Source of the DNA: an uncultured Gammaproteobacteria bacterium
Lineage (GTDB): Bacteria; Patescibacteriota; Microgenomatia; CAYQLK01
Assembly (NCBI GenBank): GCA_964404855.1
Contig: CAYOLO010000001.1
Span: 222,894-286,893 of the forward strand
DNA: 64,000 nucleotides
Reading direction: 5' to 3'
Numbering within the stretch: position 1 is the first letter of the stretch; each line of letters begins with the position of its first letter. The position numbers were made by a program, and so were the translations under genes. The notes under the pieces were generated by a model. The model was not told the DNA's origin and did not search any database. It worked only from the letters and a program-made list of their open reading frames with translations. Below, piece after piece: positions 58,269 through 64,000 of this stretch.

Positions 58269-60056
58269 TTAGTTGGTTAGACTCTTTCTAAGAGTATCGA
58301 AATAGTTTGTGTATGGATTGTTTTCTTGCGGGGCAGGGGTTGGGCTTTGAATGGAAAATCTAGACCCTTCGGCCCATGTTTCAAAATCAGCGTGTTGAAT
58401 TAAGGCAAGAATGTTGGTAGTAAGAAGTTTTTGATCTTGTTCGGATAGCGAGAGATATAGGCTATTAATTTCTGAGTGTCCAGAAATTAATCCAACAATA
58501 AAAGCTGAATCGCAATAATATTCAACAAAAAACCTTACATAATTACTTTCAGATTGATAATTGTGATTGGCAATTGAGTTTTTGCCTATTTTTGAAGCTA
58601 AATTATCCATTGTTTCCGGATTATCGATAAGCATTTTTACGAAAATTGCATAAAAATCAGAAGATTCGGCTAGTTTTTGAAGTTGGGGTAGTTTGGCATC
58701 AACAAATTCTTTGGATGACTGATATTGATTAGGTTGGAGTTCTAAAATTTGAGCAACTTCACCCAATGTGAATTTTTCTTCAGTTTGACTGTTTGTGGCA
58801 AAAGTGTGAGGCTCAATTTTGTAGAGCTTTTCTTGACTATTTGCTTCGGTGTTGGTGGTAAAGGTCTCAAATGCATAGTTAGACATTCCTGCAATATATG
58901 GATCTAGTTCCGAATATTTCTTAAACAACTGGTCCAGAGACCTGAACTGACTGCCGAAATCTGGATCTGTTAAGGCTTTTTCTTGAAGAGTGGCTAATTT
59001 AACTAGCTCTTCGGGTGAAAGTGAAGCAATAATCGATTTGTTTTGTGACAAGTTCGTCGCATGTGCCCATTCATGACGCAAACTTTGAGGGTTATTAGGA
59101 TTAACAACTAATAGATAACTATTACCGAGATCTTGGAAATAGTTAGGTTCAAAATTGCCGGCTTTTCTAATTGTGAATTTGCCACTAAGGGGAGCAAGTT
59201 CATCGACTAATGATTGTAAAGAATTAATTTCTGTTTCGGATAGATTTTCGTAAGTTATTTCATTGGACTTCTCGTTCTCTGCGTTGTTAAGGCGTAAGTA
59301 GTCGGACAAGGATATATTTAAGCCAAAATAAGGGCCATCTGGATTGAATACATGGTTGGTGTTGAATTGTATCTGCTCTAAGGTATTTTTCAGATCGACA
59401 ACATTAAAGTTTATAGTTAGTGTGTCGAGTTGTGGTTTAACAATAGTGTCAAGTATTTCTTGGTTTTGAAGAATAAAAATTTGTGATTCAGCTTCGAAAT
59501 TTGGAAGGGAAGGGTATTTTAATTTGGTTAGATGTAGAAGCTCTGGGGTTTTGTTATCTGAACTTAGATTTGAAGAGTATGAAGCAAGTAGTTTAGCTTG
59601 AATTGATTCTATTTTTTTAAGGTTCTCTACTTGGTTTATGTATTCACCTTTTTCTTTTTCTGTAAGATTAGAAGATGAAATTTGGCTTATTAGATTTTCG
59701 TAGGTTCCTTGTTCTGGAGTAGGGGTGACTTCAGGAGTTTGAGTCGGTGATATTTCAGGGGTAGATGTAGCAGTTGGTATCTCGATGGTTACCGTTGAGC
59801 CATCAGGTGTGGTGGCGGTAAATACTGGTTTAGGTGGTGTTTCGATTGTTAGGGTGGCTTCAGGACTTATTGTGGGGTATGAATTTGGATTGTCGGATTC
59901 ACAGGCTTGAGCTAGGCCGGCAATAATTGTGCTACCAACGGCAGCTCCAGCTGTGCCAAGAATAAACTGCTGACGTCTTGTGAGGCGAGATTTGTTTTTG
60001 GCTAGGTTTTTGGGATTAAATTCTTGAGGTTCGTACGGTTCGCGTTCGGTAGGCAT
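58269..60056 (-). CDS. Secreted HExxH zinc metalloprotease candidate with a Tat-like signal and PT-rich linker
   Basis: The N-terminus 'TRRQQFILGTAGAAVG' is a twin-arginine-like signal. A Pro/Thr linker follows. 'HEWAH' is an HExxH motif in the C-terminal domain. Confidence 0.5.
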   Translation of the reverse strand: MPTEREPYEPQEFNPKNLAKNKSRLTRRQQFILGTAGAAVGSTIIAGLAQACESDNPNSYPTISPEATLTIETPPKPVFTATTPDGSTVTIEIPTATSTPEISPTQTPEVTPTPEQGTYENLISQISSSNLTEKEKGEYINQVENLKKIESIQAKLLASYSSNLSSDNKTPELLHLTKLKYPSLPNFEAESQIFILQNQEILDTIVKPQLDTLTINFNVVDLKNTLEQIQFNTNHVFNPDGPYFGLNISLSDYLRLNNAENEKSNEITYENLSETEINSLQSLVDELAPLSGKFTIRKAGNFEPNYFQDLGNSYLLVVNPNNPQSLRHEWAHATNLSQNKSIIASLSPEELVKLATLQEKALTDPDFGSQFRSLDQLFKKYSELDPYIAGMSNYAFETFTTNTEANSQEKLYKIEPHTFATNSQTEEKFTLGEVAQILELQPNQYQSSKEFVDAKLPQLQKLAESSDFYAIFVKMLIDNPETMDNLASKIGKNSIANHNYQSESNYVRFFVEYYCDSAFIVGLISGHSEINSLYLSLSEQDQKLLTTNILALIQHADFETWAEGSRFSIQSPTPAPQENNPYTNYFDTLRKSLTN

Positions 60057-60106
60057 AACGTAATTATATTATTTTTTGACTTGGCTCGAAGAGGAAACCC
60101 CTTTTT

Positions 60107-60574
60107 TTAGGCTGCTTTTTCTATGGTGCTGTCTGAGGGTGTGCTAGCTGGAAGGTTGGGATTTTGTATTTGATCCTTTTTGGCTTCAAAGCTTGTGATG
60201 TTTTCTGGGACTGGTGATGATAACGGTGCTTGTTTTTTGGAAAAAAGTCCCAAGATTAACGCCTTGAGGCCAGTTTTTGGTTTAGGTTCTTGAGTATTTA
60301 CTACTGCTGTTTCTGTGGCAGAGGGAAGAGTTGAACTGATTTCGTGTCTAATATTTGGGTTTGGATTAACATTTTCTTCAATAGGTGTCGAAGGCATAGA
60401 GGCGAGGTCTTTGCGAATCAATGCGATGGCTTCTTGGTCAATATCCACCTCATTGGTTGCAGGAGTAACTGGAGTTGGGGTTTCATTGTAAGTAGTAGTT
60501 GCAGGTGTGATTGGAGATTCTGCTGGTTGTGGTGTAGGCGTGGTGGAAGGTGTTTCTAAGGTATTTGTACTCAT
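60107..60574 (-). CDS. Pro/Thr-rich low-complexity protein, hypothetical
   Basis: A 155-aa ORF, co-directional with the metalloprotease gene. Confidence 0.35.
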   Translation of the reverse strand: MSTNTLETPSTTPTPQPAESPITPATTTYNETPTPVTPATNEVDIDQEAIALIRKDLASMPSTPIEENVNPNPNIRHEISSTLPSATETAVVNTQEPKPKTGLKALILGLFSKKQAPLSSPVPENITSFEAKKDQIQNPNLPASTPSDSTIEKAA

Positions 60575-60653
60575 TGTTTATTAGTATAACAAGATTAGTT
60601 TTTGAAGTAAAAAGTTTAATGTTTTTGTTTGGTTTTTCAATTAGAATAAAGGC

Positions 60654-61799
60654 ATGAGTTTTACGCGTTTTGCTATTTTGTTTTTGTTTGCAATATTTTT
60701 GGCAATTTTATTGAATGCACTTTTTTTTCGTAAATCTGAGAATGGGTGTAGCAAGTGTGATGTGGTGCTTGTAACACTAGATAGTTGGAGATATGAAGAT
60801 TTTGATAAATTAAAAATGCCAAAGGGCGGTGTTTTTTTTAAAAATGCGATAGTGAACTCAACATGGACACTACCAAGCTATGCATCTATTTATACAAGTG
60901 ATTATCCAGCCAAACAGGCGGTTTGGCTTCCTTCTGATAAATTGAACCCAGATAGTGAAAATTTTGTATCAAAATTAAAGAGTTTGGGATATAAGACAAA
61001 TGCATATTCAGTTGGTCCGTTTTTTCAAAAAGAGTGGGGTTTTGAATCTGGATTTGATAAATTTCTAAATATTTCTAATACTGATGAGCTGAAAAAAGCT
61101 TGGACAACAGATCTGAATGCAAATAGCGCAAATAGTCAGCCGGATTTTTATTGGATTAGATTAGGAAGTAGGGAGTTGGTTTTGGATTATGAAAATAATA
61201 TCGATAAGACTTTGACAGGTGTTCAGGATTTGTTAAGCCAAATTGTAGATGATAAAAATACTGAGATTGTAGTTGTCGGGGCGTTTGGGAAATTGTCCGA
61301 AAAGCCTAGCTTAGATTCTATTAAGGTGCCAATGTTTTTTTATAGCCCAAAAACTTCGAATATAAATACTAAGGATGTTTTTGAGGTCAAAGATGTTAGT
61401 AAATTGATTTTGGGTGAAGCAGAGTTTTTGAAAAATAGAAATTCCAAAAATTCTTTAGTCGCTTTGACTTCGGTTACTGAGAGTGAAAAGTTGGTCAGAG
61501 AGATTTATGAGAAGGGTAAAGAGTTAGAGGTTAAGCCAGTGGTAAGAAATAAAGAGTGGAATCAGCCTTATTTTTCCTCATCAATCTCAAATAATTGGCA
61601 TTTAATAAAGGATTTAAGTGGAGAATATTTTTTATACGATTTGCAGTCTGATCCAGATGAGAAAAATAACCTATTTTCTAGTTGGAATTCATTGGCTGGA
61701 GAAAAGAGAGCTCACGCAATTGATGTAATACGCTCAATAGGTGGGGATGTGCCAGAGTTATGCGGAATATATTGTGGTTCAGATGAATTTTTTAAGTAA
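60654..61799 (+). CDS. Sulfatase-fold (alkaline phosphatase superfamily, PF00884-like) protein, paralog 1, likely degenerate
   Basis: It has an N-terminal TM, then 'CDVVLVTLDSWRYEDF' and 'WTLPSYASIY' aligning with paralogs 2 and 3. It lacks a clear C-terminal DHGE motif. Confidence 0.5.
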   Translation: MSFTRFAILFLFAIFLAILLNALFFRKSENGCSKCDVVLVTLDSWRYEDFDKLKMPKGGVFFKNAIVNSTWTLPSYASIYTSDYPAKQAVWLPSDKLNPDSENFVSKLKSLGYKTNAYSVGPFFQKEWGFESGFDKFLNISNTDELKKAWTTDLNANSANSQPDFYWIRLGSRELVLDYENNIDKTLTGVQDLLSQIVDDKNTEIVVVGAFGKLSEKPSLDSIKVPMFFYSPKTSNINTKDVFEVKDVSKLILGEAEFLKNRNSKNSLVALTSVTESEKLVREIYEKGKELEVKPVVRNKEWNQPYFSSSISNNWHLIKDLSGEYFLYDLQSDPDEKNNLFSSWNSLAGEKRAHAIDVIRSIGGDVPELCGIYCGSDEFFK

Positions 61800-63138
61800 T
61801 AAAAGAGTAACTATATTGTTTGCTGTTATTTTGATTGTCGTGGTTTGTTTGGTTATTAAAAACGATAATCTGTTTACGCATAATACTAGTCTGAGATGCG
61901 GTGGTCGTCAGTGTAATGTGATCTTGATTGTTTCTGATACATTATCAGCCCAACATATGAGTGTATATGGGTATGAGAGAGAGACTACACCTTTTATAAA
62001 GAGTTATTTTGAAAATAATGGTGTAATTTTTGATTCAGCATCAAGTACAGCTTCATGGACAATGCCGTCTTTTGCTTCGATGTTTAGATCTCAGTACCCT
62101 TCACAGATTTTAATGAAGGATTTGGCATCAAAAAAAGACCCAAATACTTTTGTTGATGTTTTGAGAATGCAGGGGGTGGAGATAAAAGGGGCAGTAGATA
62201 CGGGCCAGTTAATAAAAGAAAGTGTAGCGAATGTTTTTGAACCTAAAGAAGTTTTGGGTGGTAGTGGAGAGGCTAGGTTTATATCCGCTGGTCAGTGGCT
62301 AACGGAGCGAAATAATAAAAAGCCTTTTTTTATGATGATTCATGATTGGACAGTCCATGATCCATATACACCACAAAAGCAGTACCAGCATCTTTTTGGG
62401 GAGCCAGATGTATATGAAGGTGATGTTTCGCATGAAGAGATTGAGGGTGTGAAAGAAAATAAATTTCAATCAAATAGCCAAAAAGAAAAATTTGTCAGAA
62501 GATACGATCAGGAAGTTAAAGAATTTGATGATTTAATAAAAAAGTTTGTGGGCTCTTTAAGTCAGGATATACTTGATAGTTCAATAATAATTATTACTAG
62601 TGATCATGGAGAGGGTTTTGATGAACACGGATTTTTTTATCATGGAGCACACGTCTATGAGGAGTTTGTAAAGATTCCAATGCTTATTAAATTTCCCGAT
62701 AATGCATTTGCTGGAAAAAGAGTATCGGCTCCAATATCTTTAATTGATATGGGGCCAACAGTTCTTAATATCTTTGATAAAAAGGTTCCAGAAAGTTATT
62801 TGGGGGTTAACTTTTTTGATTTGATTGGTGATGAAAATCGATATAATGAAAGGAGTATTATTTCTGAGTTGGGAACTTTTGATTTGAGCTTAGGTGGAGA
62901 AGTAACATCGTTTGATCAGCTAGATAGTAGTGTTTTGGATAAGTTCATTTTTAATGATCGAGCGCAGTTAGCGGTACGCAAAAAGAATTGGAAATTAATT
63001 AAAAGCCTTAAAGGTATTGAATTGTTTAATCTTGAAAGTGATAGCTTAGAAAAAAATAACTTGATTCAGAAATGGGAGAGTTATCCTGAGGGGGATAAGA
63101 AAATTATAAAAGAATTACTTAAAGCTACAAAAAATTAA
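61741..63138 (+). CDS. Sulfatase-fold (alkaline phosphatase superfamily) membrane-anchored protein, paralog 2. The likely start is at the internal ATG at 61783.
   Basis: 'CNVILIVSDTLSAQHMS' is a metal-binding Asp region. 'ASWTMPSFASMF' is a Thr nucleophile region as in LtaS/EptA. 'ITSDHGEGFDEHG' is present. Confidence 0.7.
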   Translation: MGMCQSYAEYIVVQMNFLSNKRVTILFAVILIVVVCLVIKNDNLFTHNTSLRCGGRQCNVILIVSDTLSAQHMSVYGYERETTPFIKSYFENNGVIFDSASSTASWTMPSFASMFRSQYPSQILMKDLASKKDPNTFVDVLRMQGVEIKGAVDTGQLIKESVANVFEPKEVLGGSGEARFISAGQWLTERNNKKPFFMMIHDWTVHDPYTPQKQYQHLFGEPDVYEGDVSHEEIEGVKENKFQSNSQKEKFVRRYDQEVKEFDDLIKKFVGSLSQDILDSSIIIITSDHGEGFDEHGFFYHGAHVYEEFVKIPMLIKFPDNAFAGKRVSAPISLIDMGPTVLNIFDKKVPESYLGVNFFDLIGDENRYNERSIISELGTFDLSLGGEVTSFDQLDSSVLDKFIFNDRAQLAVRKKNWKLIKSLKGIELFNLESDSLEKNNLIQKWESYPEGDKKIIKELLKATKN

Positions 63139-63140
63139 TT

Positions 63141-64000
63141 GTGACTATTAAACGCATATCGTTAACTATTGTTTTTTTGATTGTGTTGGTAATTGGTGTA
63201 GTCTTTGTTAATTCCACCGGAAGTAAAAATATTAAAACCCATAAAGAGCTGTGCGGTAGTAAGAAATGCAATGTGGTGCTTATATATGTTGACACGTTAT
63301 CAGCCCAACATTTAAGTGGAAATGGATATTCTAGGCAAACATCTCCATTTATTGATGAGTTTTTTCTAAATCAAGGATTAGTATTTAAAAACGCGTTCAG
63401 TAATGGCACTTGGACTGTACCGTCTTTTGCTTCAATGTTTAAATCAAAACTTCCTTCTGAAATTACGGTAAATGAAATGATAAATAGTAATGATAATGGG
63501 GATTTTATCGATTACTTAAGAGAAGCTGGGGTAGAAGTAAAAGCAGTTCTTAGGAATCAGCCCACAACTGTTGACCAAGCTGTTGATTCAAGATTTAAAC
63601 AGGAAGAAATTATTCAGGCTTCAAGAGGCCATGCATTTGAGAAATCGACTGAATGGATCAGTAAAAGAGCAAGTTCAGAAAACGAAAGGCCGTTTTTTTT
63701 GATGGTGCATAGCTGGGATGTCCACCATCCTTTTGATCCACCTGAACCTTATCGAAATTTGTTTTCAGATAATCCAGACTACCAAGGTCCAATGGGTTTA
63801 GAGGAATTTCAGCCGCTTAGGAAAGTGCCAATTGAACAGTGGCAGGATAAGTTGGACAGCGTAAAGCTACAGTATGATCAAGGTATTAGAAAAACAGATG
63901 ACTATTTGAAAAATTTTATAGAGAGCTTTCCTCGAGAACTTGCTAAGGATACAGTTTTTATATTAACTGCTGATCATGGTGAGGGTTTTGCGCAGCACGA
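63141..64000 (+). CDS. Sulfatase-fold protein, paralog 3 (GTG start; 3' end beyond the window)
   Basis: 'CNVVLIYVDTLSAQHLS', 'GTWTVPSFASMF' and 'LTADHGEGFAQH' are colinear with paralog 2. Confidence 0.65.
   Translation, partial: MTIKRISLTIVFLIVLVIGVVFVNSTGSKNIKTHKELCGSKKCNVVLIYVDTLSAQHLSGNGYSRQTSPFIDEFFLNQGLVFKNAFSNGTWTVPSFASMFKSKLPSEITVNEMINSNDNGDFIDYLREAGVEVKAVLRNQPTTVDQAVDSRFKQEEIIQASRGHAFEKSTEWISKRASSENERPFFLMVHSWDVHHPFDPPEPYRNLFSDNPDYQGPMGLEEFQPLRKVPIEQWQDKLDSVKLQYDQGIRKTDDYLKNFIESFPRELAKDTVFILTADHGEGFAQH

Noticed and set aside
1-64000. Alternative genetic code (UGA recoded as Gly, as in Gracilibacteria/SR1)
   Set aside because: Well-conserved enzymes (SufB, TrpS, FtsH, TrxB, malic enzyme) translate to full length in the standard code without in-frame UGA. 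Standard code is therefore sufficient.

Overview
The window is AT-rich, with most genes packed on the + strand, short overlaps between neighbouring genes and many small genes. This fits a small-genome, CPR/Patescibacteria-like bacterium using the standard genetic code, since the enzymes I recognise translate complete without UGA recoding.

Recognisable content, in order:
- A Ni-superoxide dismutase with its maturation peptidase (sodN-sodX).
- Envelope genes: DedA, polytopic membrane proteins and an O-acyltransferase.
- A RimK-like ATP-grasp enzyme fused to a retropepsin-like domain, next to a multi-TM partner.
- trxB, followed by a complete SUF Fe-S cluster operon (sufCBD-S-U) with a ferredoxin and an FAD-dependent reductase.
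- A non-oxidative pentose-phosphate block: rpiB, rpe, split transketolase and a PfkB kinase.
- Central metabolism enzymes: a 2-hydroxyacid dehydrogenase, class I FBA, malic enzyme and a PGI/PMI-type isomerase.
- DNA repair genes: a DEDDy exonuclease, a 5'-3' exonuclease, Fpg, RecF and an ATP-dependent ligase.
- trpS, ftsH, pth, uppS and a Fic protein.

Accessory or unusual content:
- A roughly 600-bp GC-rich, ORF-poor island at about 6040-6650, ending in a + strand terminator. It is a candidate large structured RNA or a foreign remnant.
- Four compositionally GC-rich minus-strand gene patches. Three are followed by near-identical CCCTCC/GGAGGG terminator hairpins; the fourth is an adenylosuccinate-lyase homologue (purB).
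- A TM-anchored VirB4/FtsK-like P-loop ATPase sitting next to a tRNA-Ile(UAU), a tyrosine recombinase and two tRNA(CAU) genes.
- A 2038-aa surface protein with Pro/Thr linkers, near-identical internal repeats and an SGNH hydrolase domain.
- A downstream surface-protein cluster: a metalloprotease with a Tat-like signal, a PT-rich protein and three tandem sulfatase-fold paralogs.
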